57,428 nucleotides of DNA from Gemmatimonadaceae bacterium (lineage in GTDB: Bacteria; Gemmatimonadota; Gemmatimonadetes; Gemmatimonadales; Gemmatimonadaceae): assembly GCA_039928475.1 (NCBI GenBank), contig JBDSTA010000367.1, positions 1-57,428 on the forward strand, in the 5' to 3' direction. Numbering within the stretch: the stretch's first letter is position 1; each line of letters opens with the position of its first letter. Positions 1 to 8,698 of this stretch are shown here, piece by piece. Under the pieces are notes generated by a model that did no database searches, was not told the origin of the DNA, and was given only the letters and a program-made list of their open reading frames with translations. A program made the position numbers and the translations under genes.

Positions 1-2
1 CG

Positions 3-1283
3 CTCAAGGTTGCGGCGCGCTCGGCGTCCCTGCCCTACCGGAATCGCACCGTTGCGCCGGCGGACCTGGGGCGCGAGCTCAACGTGGGCAGCGTGCTCGA
101 AGGCACGGTGCAGCGCATGGGCGACCGGCTGCGCATCTCCGCATTCCTCAGCGACACGAGCGACGGGCGCGAGCTATGGTCCGAGCGGTACGACCGTGAC
201 GCGAGCGACATCTTCGCGTTGCAGGACGACATCGCCGCGTCGGTGGTGAACTCGCTGCGCGTCACGCTGTCCGGCCTCGATCACCGCGCGATGGTGAAGC
301 GGCCCACGGCGAGCGTGGAGGCCTACCAGCTCTACCTGCGCGGGCGGCACCTGTGGAATCACCGGCAGGCCGGCAGCACGCAGAAGGCGATCCAGTGCTT
401 CCGCGAGGCGCTGGAGATCGATCCGCTGTACGCGCTGCCCTACGCCGGCCTCGCCGACGCCTTCGCGTCGCTCGGCGCGTACGAGTACATGCGGCCGATC
501 GACGCATTTCCCAAGGCGACGGCGTCCGCCGAGCGCGCGCTGAGCCTCGATGCGACGCTCGCCGAGGCGCATACGACGCTCGGCGTGGCGCAGGCGCACT
601 ATGCATGGGATTGGCGCGCGGGCGAGCAGTCGTACCTCGAGGCCATCGCGCTCAACCCGCGGTATGCCCTCGCGCACACGTACTATGCCCTTCTGCTCTC
701 GGCCACCGGCCGGCACGAGCGCGCGGCGGACGCCATCGCGCGCGCGGCGGAGATCGACCCCATCTCCGTGCCGATCATCACCATCAAGGGCTACGTCGCC
801 TACTACGCGCGCCGGTACGACGATGCGATTCACGACTACCGCATCGCGCTCGACATGGATCCCTCGTTCGGGCTGGCCATGGTGCTCCTCGGCTACGCGA
901 ACCTCAGCCGCGGGCAGTACGACGAATCCATTCGCGTGTTCCGCGCCATTCCCTCACCGAGGCTGACCTCCATTGGGGGACTCGGCATAGCGCTCAGCCT
1001 CACCGGGCGCACGGATGAGGCGCGCGCACTGCTGGCGCAGATGGAAGGCGCCCGCACTACGGAATACATCTCCGCCTTCACGCTTTCGCAGGTGCACCTG
1101 GGCCTTGGCGATCGCGAGACCGCGCTGTCGCTGCTCGAGTCGGCGGTCGCGGAGCGTTCGTACAACCTGAGCTTCGTCGCATCGGCGCAGCCCTTCGATT
1201 CGCTGCGCGGCGAGCCGCGCTTCGCCGCCGTGCTGAAGAGCATCGGCCTCGAGCACGTTCCCGGTGCCCTCGTGAGGCCCTGA
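3..1283 (+). CDS. TPR-repeat protein, 5'-truncated by the window edge (C-terminal module of a regulator/kinase-type protein)
   Basis: Frame 3 is open from the window edge (LKVAARSASLPYRNRTVAPADLGRELNVGSVLEGTVQR...), so track ORF 84..1283 begins at an internal start. The C-terminal ~300 aa are degenerate TPR-like helical repeats (AYQLYLRGRHLW, AIQCFREALEIDPLYALPY, YLEAIALNPRYALAH, DYRIALDMDPSFGLA). Third-codon-position GC is high. Confidence 0.8.
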   Translation, partial: LKVAARSASLPYRNRTVAPADLGRELNVGSVLEGTVQRMGDRLRISAFLSDTSDGRELWSERYDRDASDIFALQDDIAASVVNSLRVTLSGLDHRAMVKRPTASVEAYQLYLRGRHLWNHRQAGSTQKAIQCFREALEIDPLYALPYAGLADAFASLGAYEYMRPIDAFPKATASAERALSLDATLAEAHTTLGVAQAHYAWDWRAGEQSYLEAIALNPRYALAHTYYALLLSATGRHERAADAIARAAEIDPISVPIITIKGYVAYYARRYDDAIHDYRIALDMDPSFGLAMVLLGYANLSRGQYDESIRVFRAIPSPRLTSIGGLGIALSLTGRTDEARALLAQMEGARTTEYISAFTLSQVHLGLGDRETALSLLESAVAERSYNLSFVASAQPFDSLRGEPRFAAVLKSIGLEHVPGALVRP

Positions 1284-2120
1284 GTGGAGATCATCCCCAT
1301 CCAGACCGGAACGGTGCGCATCCATCCGAACCAGGTGCGCGGGAAGGGGCATGGCAGCAAGCGGCGCCTGAACGTGTTCCGCGACAAGGAGTGGACGCGG
1401 CCGCTGCCGATCCTCGCGTGGCTCATCCGTCACCCGGAAGGTGACATCCTCGTCGACACGGGGGAGACGCCGCAGGCGATGATGCGTGGCTACTACCCGA
1501 ACCTCAATCCGTACTACCGGTCGCACATTCGCGTCGAGATCGGACCGGAAGAGGAGCTGGGCGCGCAGTTGCGGCGGCTTGGCGTGGATCCGGCCGCGCT
1601 GCGTACGGTGCTCACCACGCACCTGCACACGGATCACGCGGGCGGTCTCTCCGCGCTGGCGAACGCGGAGGTCTGGACGCACGAGCGCGAGCTCGCGCTG
1701 TCGCGCGGCCTGGGCGGCTGGATTCGCGGGTACGTGGCGAAGTCCTTCCCGCGCGGCTTCGCACCGCGCACCTACACGTTCACCGGCGGGCCGGTCGGTC
1801 CGTTCGCGCGGTCGCACGTGGTCACGCGAGCGGGCGACGTCCACGTCGTGGAGACGGCGGGCCACACCGACGGGCATTGCTCGGTGATCGTCACCGCGAA
1901 CGACACGACGTACTTCATCGCCGGCGACGCAACCTACGACGAGGCCAGCCTGCTCGACCTCGCCGTGGACGGACTCTCACCGCACGAGGATCGCGCGCTC
2001 GCGACGCTGAAGCGTATCGCCGACCTCGCCGGCTCCACGCGCGTGGTCTACCTCCCCACGCACGACGAGCATGCGATCCGCCGCCTGCGCGACGGCGTGC
2101 CCACGCGCGTCAGGGCGTGA
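1284..2120 (+). CDS. MBL-fold metallo-hydrolase (N-acyl-homoserine-lactonase-like)
   Basis: HLHTDHAGG matches the HxHxDH zinc motif of the metallo-beta-lactamase fold, with a downstream TAGHTDGH. The GTG start at 1284 abuts the upstream TGA (1281-1283). Confidence 0.85.
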   Translation: MEIIPIQTGTVRIHPNQVRGKGHGSKRRLNVFRDKEWTRPLPILAWLIRHPEGDILVDTGETPQAMMRGYYPNLNPYYRSHIRVEIGPEEELGAQLRRLGVDPAALRTVLTTHLHTDHAGGLSALANAEVWTHERELALSRGLGGWIRGYVAKSFPRGFAPRTYTFTGGPVGPFARSHVVTRAGDVHVVETAGHTDGHCSVIVTANDTTYFIAGDATYDEASLLDLAVDGLSPHEDRALATLKRIADLAGSTRVVYLPTHDEHAIRRLRDGVPTRVRA

Positions 2121-3684
2121 AGGTGAGGAATCCCGTGACGGGCTCCGACACACGCCGGGCGCTCGACCGCGCGACCTTCGTCCCGTCGCCGAGATTGCCG
2201 TAGAGGTTCGCGCCCCAACAGTACATCGCGCCGGTGCGTGAGGTGATGCCGCACACGTGCGTGTCGCCCGAGGCGATCTTCACGAAGGTGCGATTGCTGT
2301 CGAGCGGTACCACGGCGGGCGTGACGTTGCTCGAGTCGGCGATGCCGCGCCCGAGCTGCCCGTAGGAATTGCTGCCCCAGCAGTACGCCGCACCGGCCGC
2401 CGTGAGCCCGCAGGTGTGTGCGTAGCCCGCGACGATCGACGCAAAGTCCCTCGACAGCCGGCGCGGCAGCGGCGCATCGCACCCGAGATCGGTCACCACC
2501 GGGCAGCCCGCAACGCCCGTTTCGCCGTCGGCGTTTCGTCCCCAGCACCACGTCGCCTTGTCGGCGCGGCGCGGTCCCACCGCCGCGCAGCTGTGTGAGC
2601 CACCGACGGCGACGGACGCAGTGTCACCGGCCACCGGAACGAGGCCCGGCACCTGCGCCACCGGCGACGAGCCGCCAATGAGGCCGTTGCCGATCTGTCC
2701 CTCGAGGTTCGAGCCCCAGCAGAACACGCCGGTCGACCCCGCAGCGCACGCATGAAAGCTCGCGACGGACACGGCGAACACCTGCCGCGCCGCCGCCTCG
2801 AGCCCCGCCGAGTACACGCACTGCTCTGTGGGCGAATCGCGGCAGCTCTCCGAGCTCTCGACGGGCTGGTGTCCCATGGAGAACCCGCCATTCAAGCCCC
2901 AGCACGACGCACTTCCCCCGCCGGTGATGCCGCACGAGAAGAAGTAGCCCGGCGCCACGCTGGTGAAGGAATTGTTGAGTGGAAGCGTGGGCACCGGGGC
3001 GAATGCCACCGATCGTCCGAGTCCGGCAATGCCGTAGTCGTTGAGGCCCCAGCAATACGACACGGAGCTGTCCTGCACGTTGGCGCACGCGGTGGTGCCG
3101 CCCGCGAACACACGGTCGAAGGGAAGTCCGATGGTGTTGAGCAGTGGCCGCGGCACGAGCGCGTCGATGGGCTTTCCGGTACCGGTCAACTCCCACGCGC
3201 CCCAGCAGAACACGCGGTACTTCACGTTCACGGCGCAGGTCGATGCGGTGGACGCCGCGACGTCGAGCCAGCGCTGGTTCACGCGCACGGTGAAGGTCGT
3301 TTCCGCCGCGCTCAGGCCCGGCTGCTCCAGCCGCACCTTGATGTTGGCGATGCCCGGCGCGCGCGCGTACAGGCACGCGTGCACCTCGGGAATCGGCGTC
3401 GTCTCGCGCGCGAGCCCGCAGTTCGCGCCGTCATCGATGCGGATCACCGAATCGGGCGTGGAGGTCCAGACGACGCGCGTGGTGTAGAGCGCCTGCGCAT
3501 CGGAGGTGGCCTGCACCTTCATGACGACGTGCTTCAACTCGCCGTCGTACAGCTCCTTCGGCATCGCGCTCACGCCCGTATCCGGATGGAAGGAGACGTC
3601 GAGCGCCTTCGTCGCCGTGAGCTCCTGGCAGCCTGCCAGCGCAACGACGCACGCCGCCCACCCGGCGCGGCGCAGAGCGCGCAT
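2110..3684 (-). CDS. RCC1-repeat lipoprotein with N-terminal Ig-like region
   Basis: Track ORF 2110..4131 was trimmed to the ATG at 3684. This gives a lipoprotein signal peptide MRALRRAGWAACVVALAGC. It carries repeated RCC1-type CWGxNxxGxxG units (CWGSNSYGQLGRG, CWGANLYGNLGDG, CWGSNLEGQIGNG, CWGRNADGETG, CWGLNDYGIAGLG). The start shares one nt with the upstream stop (TGATG junction). Confidence 0.8.
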   Translation of the reverse strand: MRALRRAGWAACVVALAGCQELTATKALDVSFHPDTGVSAMPKELYDGELKHVVMKVQATSDAQALYTTRVVWTSTPDSVIRIDDGANCGLARETTPIPEVHACLYARAPGIANIKVRLEQPGLSAAETTFTVRVNQRWLDVAASTASTCAVNVKYRVFCWGAWELTGTGKPIDALVPRPLLNTIGLPFDRVFAGGTTACANVQDSSVSYCWGLNDYGIAGLGRSVAFAPVPTLPLNNSFTSVAPGYFFSCGITGGGSASCWGLNGGFSMGHQPVESSESCRDSPTEQCVYSAGLEAAARQVFAVSVASFHACAAGSTGVFCWGSNLEGQIGNGLIGGSSPVAQVPGLVPVAGDTASVAVGGSHSCAAVGPRRADKATWCWGRNADGETGVAGCPVVTDLGCDAPLPRRLSRDFASIVAGYAHTCGLTAAGAAYCWGSNSYGQLGRGIADSSNVTPAVVPLDSNRTFVKIASGDTHVCGITSRTGAMYCWGANLYGNLGDGTKVARSSARRVSEPVTGFLTFTP

Positions 3685-5102
3685 CACGGTGACGACGGGC
3701 CCTCGCCCCACATCGCCGCATGCGCGTGCTGCCGCGCGAACATCTCGGCGGGCACCGTGCGCTCGTAGTACTCGAGCTCCGGATGCGACACCTGCAGCCA
3801 CGTGCCCGGCACGTAGAACGCATCCACGTGCGCCGGAAAACGGCCGTACGTGTCGTAGATGTAGTTGCAGACGTCCTTCACGTACGCGACGGCGCGGTCG
3901 TCGTAGCGCTGGCCCTCGCGCACGAACTGCGAGGCCATGCTGGGAGACGCATATCCCTTCTGCAACAGCGACGGATCGTACGCACCGCCCGGGCCGAACT
4001 TCGCCTCGAGCACGGCGTCCACGGCGGCGTCCATCGACGACACGAACGGCGGTGTGTTCCCTTCGAGGATGCCGGGGATGCCGATGGGATTCGGCATCCA
4101 CGACGGCGGTGGCGGCGGGCTCATGCCCCACGTCTTCCCCGGCGCCTGCATCGTGAACCCCAGCCCCGGATGCTCCTTCGTGCCGTCACCCTCGAAGATG
4201 AATGGCGACGCGGGGCAGAAGTGCACCCACGCGCCAAGCCCCATGGCCTGCGTGAGCAGCATGAGGTTCTGGAGGTGGAAGTGCGACTCGTGATCGGCGA
4301 TGAACGTGCGAAAGAGGCCGAGCGGCGCCGCGACCTTCGGGTTCACGTACCCCGAGTGGATGTACTTCGTACCGCCGATCGGCTGGTAGGGGATCTGCAC
4401 CTTGCCGATGTGCTGGAGGAAGCTCGCCGCGAGGTCCGTAGCCGACTCCGGCTTGAAGTGCTGGAAGTCGTCGATGAACAGGGGCCGCTCGCCATCCGGC
4501 TCCATCGCGAGGTTCAGCAGCGCGTTGATGTACCCGCGCGTGCAGTCCACGATGGGCAGGAACATCGTGGTGCCCGGCATGTTCGACAGCTGCTTGTTCC
4601 AGCCGAGATAGAAGGGGAAGCGTCGCGGAAACGTGAGCCGGTCGCCGATGCGCTTCTTCATCGCTTCGGCGGTGCTGGTCCAGTCGCTCGCGCTCCAGTC
4701 CTCCCATTTCGGTGGCAGGTCGCGCAGCAGCTCCATCGCGCGCGCGGGGGTGAGGTTCTCGATCAACCACGTGCCCGCATCGTTGATCATGATGAAGTGC
4801 ACGGCCTGGATGTTGTCCGGGCTGCTCGCCGAGCGCGCCATCACGTGCAGGAACGGCGTGCCGAGCTCGCGGCCGCCGCCGGGAATGTCGAGCGGCCCAT
4901 CATGCGTGACCACGCCCGTGAGTCCCGTGGCGACGATCAGCATCGCCTCCTCGACCGGCTCGAGCGGCGCGGGTGCATTCGTGCTCGTGTGCGACAGCGT
5001 GCCCGCCGCCACGGACACGCCGCGCGCGACGCGGCGCGTGCGGCGTCCCGCGATCGCCGAGAGCAGCGGATAGCGAAGGACCTCGAGTGGAACGCCCCTC
5101 AT
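3684..5102 (-). CDS. Nitroreductase-superfamily protein (large, SagB/ThcOx-like size), function unknown
   Basis: Track ORF 3684..5213 was trimmed to the ATG at 5102, because the Ser/Pro-rich N-terminal extension overlaps the upstream gene. It has an N-terminal AIAGRRTRRVARG followed by PLEPVEEAMLIV, and a C-terminal HLQNLMLLTQAMGLGAWVH. These resemble the two conserved nitroreductase-fold segments. Family assignment is by eye only. Confidence 0.6.
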   Translation of the reverse strand: MRGVPLEVLRYPLLSAIAGRRTRRVARGVSVAAGTLSHTSTNAPAPLEPVEEAMLIVATGLTGVVTHDGPLDIPGGGRELGTPFLHVMARSASSPDNIQAVHFIMINDAGTWLIENLTPARAMELLRDLPPKWEDWSASDWTSTAEAMKKRIGDRLTFPRRFPFYLGWNKQLSNMPGTTMFLPIVDCTRGYINALLNLAMEPDGERPLFIDDFQHFKPESATDLAASFLQHIGKVQIPYQPIGGTKYIHSGYVNPKVAAPLGLFRTFIADHESHFHLQNLMLLTQAMGLGAWVHFCPASPFIFEGDGTKEHPGLGFTMQAPGKTWGMSPPPPPSWMPNPIGIPGILEGNTPPFVSSMDAAVDAVLEAKFGPGGAYDPSLLQKGYASPSMASQFVREGQRYDDRAVAYVKDVCNYIYDTYGRFPAHVDAFYVPGTWLQVSHPELEYYERTVPAEMFARQHAHAAMWGEGPSSP

Positions 5103-5127
5103 GTCACCCGCCACGCCGCGCGCGACG

Positions 5128-8100
5128 TCAGGCGTGCGCGCCGGCGAGTCCGGCGTCGTGGGGCTCGGGCTGCTGGTGCTGCTCGAGCTCGGAGAGGATG
5201 AGGGGGAAGACATCGGTTGACGCGTCCTTGCCGAAGAAGCAATCGAGGTGGCCGTAGTTCGGCACGACGATGCGCTTGTAGTGCGCGTCGCCGTTGTGCT
5301 CGCGAACCCAGTCGTACGTCATGCGGCTGCCCTCGGGAAGGAACATGTTGTTCAGCTCCCCGTGGATGAACGTGATGGGCATCGCCAGGCGCGCGACATT
5401 CGGCAGGTACGTGTCGTCACCCTCGGCGTCCACCACGCTCGCACCCGCTGCCGACGCGGCCAGTTGCGCGAACGGCTTCATGTGCGCGACGCCGAACCAC
5501 TCGTGCATCGCCACATGCGTCGCCTCGTTCAACTGACTGTGCTTGTACACCTCGCCATACATGAACAGGATCTTGCGGCAGACGTCGAGGTGGCAGCGCT
5601 CGTGCGTGGGATAGAGCCGCATCACCTCGTTCAGCGCCTTGTCGAACCACCTCGGCTCCGGACGCTCCGTGGTGAGCGTGTGCAGGCCGATGGCGTTGAG
5701 CACGGACGGCAGGTGCAGCTTCGCCTTGATCTCGCTGAGCGTCGGCGCCTTGGGGTGCACGGTGAGCGCCGAGCACACTGCCGAGCGGACGCCGGTGAGC
5801 CCCGCGAGTTGCGCCATCAGGAACGACATGGAGCCCACGCAGTGCCCCACCACCTGCACGTCGGGCTTCCCGGTGGACGCCCGCACGGCCGCCACCGCGG
5901 CGGGCCAGTCGCGCTTCGCCACGTCGTCGATGGTGTACGGCTGCGACGACGACGGCAAGGCCGTGCTCGAGCGATAGTCGAAGAGCCAGATGTCGTAGCC
6001 CTCCGCATACAGGAACTCGACGAAGTTCTTGTCCACGGTGTCGATCAGCCACGATGACGCCGGCATGCCGAAGCCCGGCGCCAGGATCACGGGCCCCTTC
6101 GTGCCGCCCTGGTAGCGCGTGAGCACGAGCGGCGTGCCGTCGTCGGCCGCGATCGCATGCACCTCCGGCGCGCCGATGGCGAGTGGCCGACGCTTGCGTG
6201 GCGTGGGGTCGGGATGGAAGGTGGTCGTCTGCCCGAAAACGGTGCCGTACGTGTCGTACAGCACCCCGGCGAAAAGCTTGCCGAAGTCGTAGGTGATGGC
6301 GAGCCGCTCCGCGCTACTCGCGGCACCCACCACCTTCATGGTGCCCATCTGCTTCTGGAAGTCCAGCGCCCCGATGTGCAGCACGCCACGGCCGACGATC
6401 GCACCGCTCGCATCGGTGCCTTCGTGGATGGTGATGTAGAGCGTCGACGTGTCCGGCCATATGTGCAGCAGGCTGCCCTGCCGCACGCGCTTGTAGCCGT
6501 CCATGTACCAGCTCATGCCCGCTGGCGAGCGCATGACCATGCCGTAGCGCATGCGCTTCTCTTCCGCCGCGCCCGTGAAGTCACTGAAGAGGCTGAACTG
6601 TCCCTGCGTGACGCTGAGCGGATCGGGCGAGAGGTCCGGCGCGGTGACGGTGCCGAACATCGACGCGTTGTGCGGCGGGGTGGCGATCATCGCGCGCGCG
6701 TCGCGCGCATCCACGGTGAGCGTGAACTCGAACTTCGAGCCCGTGGACTTCCCCGCCACAGCCGCCGCGTCGAAATCGGCATCGCTGCCCGGCGACCAGA
6801 AGCCGCGCATCGTCTCCGTGAACTGGAGCGAGGGAACGACTTGCACGTCGTCGGCCAGCGAGCCGTTCGGCGAATAGTCGATGGTCCAGCCCCGGTCCTT
6901 CGCCAGCAGAGCGGAGTTCCGCTCCGCCACCGACGAGATGGTGATGAGGGGATTCACGCCGAGCGAGCGCGGCATCACCGAGCCGTCCATCACGTAGAGA
7001 TCGTCGTACACGTCGGTACCCGTATCGCCGCGGAACACCTGCCCCTTGTGATTCACCGCGCCCGATTCGCCGCTCTCACCCATTGGCACGCCGCCGAGCG
7101 GATGCACGGTGATGAGGCGTTCGCCAAGGAGCGACGTCCAGAGCGGATTGCGGAAGTACTCCGCGTTCATGGCCGCCGACGCCTCCTCGAGCTTGCGATC
7201 CATGCGCGCGAAGTGCGGCTGCTCGCCGACGCCGCCCCAGTGCACGCGCAGCCGTCCGTCCTCGAGCCTGATGTGCCCGCCCGAGTCGTCGTGGGACATC
7301 ACGAGGAAGGTCTGCGCCGAGTCGGTCGCGCCGGTGTACGGGCCGCGCGTGAGGCTCGACAGGGTCTTCAGCGCCTGCCGTGCCTTGTGCTCGTGATCCG
7401 TCTTCTCACCGATGAACGGGCCGGCCGTTACGTACATCAATGGGTTGAGCGTCCCGACCGGGCCGGGCACGTCGCCCTCCTCGATGATGAAGCCCTCGTT
7501 CACGTCGGTCGTCGCGCGCCCGTCGATCACGCCCGTGATGCACGGACCTACTTCGCGCCCCTGCACCGGCGCACGAGAGCCGAGCCCGATGCCGTGGATG
7601 GGCTGGTCGGCATTGTAGGCGAAGCCGATGACGTCGCCGTTGCCGGAGAAGCGCGTGCCCACCTTCGACGACATCGGCACGCCCGCGGCGTGCGAGCGCA
7701 GGAGGATCCCGGTGCTGCCGAGCGCGCCCGCGCTCACCACGACGACATCAGCGGCCACGAACATCGGCGCTGCGTTGAACGTCTCGCGCCCGACCGCGAG
7801 CGGCTCGAAGTGCACGAGCCAGCCGCCGGACGGCGCGCGCTCGAGGCGCTGTACCGCGGTGCACGTGAAGATTTCCGCGCCGTGATGATCGGCGTCCGGG
7901 AGGTAGTTCATCAGCGTGGTGTTCTTCGCGCCGTGGTTGCAGCCCGTGACGCAGTCACCGCAGAGCGTGCACGCCTGCTGCTCCACGCCCGCGTGATTCC
8001 GGCCATCCTCGAACGTGACGTTGATGGCGGTCTTGTAGACCGGCAGGCCGAGTCGCGCTGCAGACCGCTCGAGCCCCTGATACTTGGCAAGGGGCGGCAG

Positions 8101-8553
8101 CGCGTCAGGGTACGGATTCGCACCGAGCATCTGCTCGGCGCGCGCATACCCTTCGTCGAGCACGGCGCGGTCGGCCCGTAGCGCGGCCGGCCACGCAGGA
8201 TCGTCGAACACGCGTGGATCCGCGCGGAGCGACACGTTGGCATTGATCAGTGACGTTCCGCCGAGGCCGCAACCAGAGAGGACGACGATGCCGTCCTCGA
8301 CGTGAAAGTCGAACAGCCCTGTGCGCGGTCCCGTATCCGCCAGCGGCGAGTGCGTCTGCATCTCTTCCGCCGCCTCGAGGGGCGTGTCGGGAAATTCCCC
8401 CGCATGCCGCTCGGGACCGCGCTCCAGCAGGCAGACGGACCTTCCCGCCCTCGCGAGCCGAGAGGCGGCAACGGCGCCCCCGTAACCCGAGCCGACCACG
8501 ACCACGTCATAGTGTGGACGCATGTCTTCCAAACGGCGAGTCAGTCTGCGCAT
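5128..8553 (-). CDS. GMC/cholesterol-oxidase-like FAD oxidoreductase fused to a C-terminal alpha/beta-hydrolase domain (1141 aa)
   Basis: YDVVVVGSGYGGAVAASRLA is a GxGxxG FAD fold. HPLGGVPMG and LYVMDGSVMPRSLGVNPLITISSVAER are GMC C-terminal motifs. The C-terminal third has VILAPGFGM, a nucleophile elbow VVGHCVGS and NYGHLDCFFG. GGAGGA lies 5 nt upstream of the ATG. Confidence 0.85.
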   Translation of the reverse strand: MRRLTRRLEDMRPHYDVVVVGSGYGGAVAASRLARAGRSVCLLERGPERHAGEFPDTPLEAAEEMQTHSPLADTGPRTGLFDFHVEDGIVVLSGCGLGGTSLINANVSLRADPRVFDDPAWPAALRADRAVLDEGYARAEQMLGANPYPDALPPLAKYQGLERSAARLGLPVYKTAINVTFEDGRNHAGVEQQACTLCGDCVTGCNHGAKNTTLMNYLPDADHHGAEIFTCTAVQRLERAPSGGWLVHFEPLAVGRETFNAAPMFVAADVVVVSAGALGSTGILLRSHAAGVPMSSKVGTRFSGNGDVIGFAYNADQPIHGIGLGSRAPVQGREVGPCITGVIDGRATTDVNEGFIIEEGDVPGPVGTLNPLMYVTAGPFIGEKTDHEHKARQALKTLSSLTRGPYTGATDSAQTFLVMSHDDSGGHIRLEDGRLRVHWGGVGEQPHFARMDRKLEEASAAMNAEYFRNPLWTSLLGERLITVHPLGGVPMGESGESGAVNHKGQVFRGDTGTDVYDDLYVMDGSVMPRSLGVNPLITISSVAERNSALLAKDRGWTIDYSPNGSLADDVQVVPSLQFTETMRGFWSPGSDADFDAAAVAGKSTGSKFEFTLTVDARDARAMIATPPHNASMFGTVTAPDLSPDPLSVTQGQFSLFSDFTGAAEEKRMRYGMVMRSPAGMSWYMDGYKRVRQGSLLHIWPDTSTLYITIHEGTDASGAIVGRGVLHIGALDFQKQMGTMKVVGAASSAERLAITYDFGKLFAGVLYDTYGTVFGQTTTFHPDPTPRKRRPLAIGAPEVHAIAADDGTPLVLTRYQGGTKGPVILAPGFGMPASSWLIDTVDKNFVEFLYAEGYDIWLFDYRSSTALPSSSQPYTIDDVAKRDWPAAVAAVRASTGKPDVQVVGHCVGSMSFLMAQLAGLTGVRSAVCSALTVHPKAPTLSEIKAKLHLPSVLNAIGLHTLTTERPEPRWFDKALNEVMRLYPTHERCHLDVCRKILFMYGEVYKHSQLNEATHVAMHEWFGVAHMKPFAQLAASAAGASVVDAEGDDTYLPNVARLAMPITFIHGELNNMFLPEGSRMTYDWVREHNGDAHYKRIVVPNYGHLDCFFGKDASTDVFPLILSELEQHQQPEPHDAGLAGAHA

Positions 8554-8577
8554 CGATTTCCTCCGGGGGGAGGTGCG

Positions 8578-8605
8578 AATGTAGTCGATCTGGACAACAC
8601 GTCAA
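8578..8605 (-). promoter_or_regulatory. Candidate sigma70-like promoter for the GMC-oxidoreductase operon
   Basis: On the minus strand: TTGACG-N16-TACATT, about 25 nt upstream of the ATG at 8553. It lies in the least GC-rich part of the 145-bp divergent intergenic region. This is a motif match only. Confidence 0.3.
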
Positions 8606-8698
8606 CAAACGTCATCTTGAACTTCTCCTTCTGGAGCATCACGAGTGTCCTGCCCGGGAGCGCGCGCGAAGTCGCGCTCGCCCCACCATCCGCCCAAC

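Noticed and set aside
2110-4131. Long N-terminal extensions of track ORFs: 2110..4131-, 3684..5213-, 14410..15834+, 19372..20892+, 8645..10309+, 27058..28671+.
   Set aside because: The extensions overlap upstream genes or are Arg/Pro/Ser-rich with no function. Internal ATG starts give proper signal peptides, Shine-Dalgarno spacing or stop/start coupling, so the shorter models were used.
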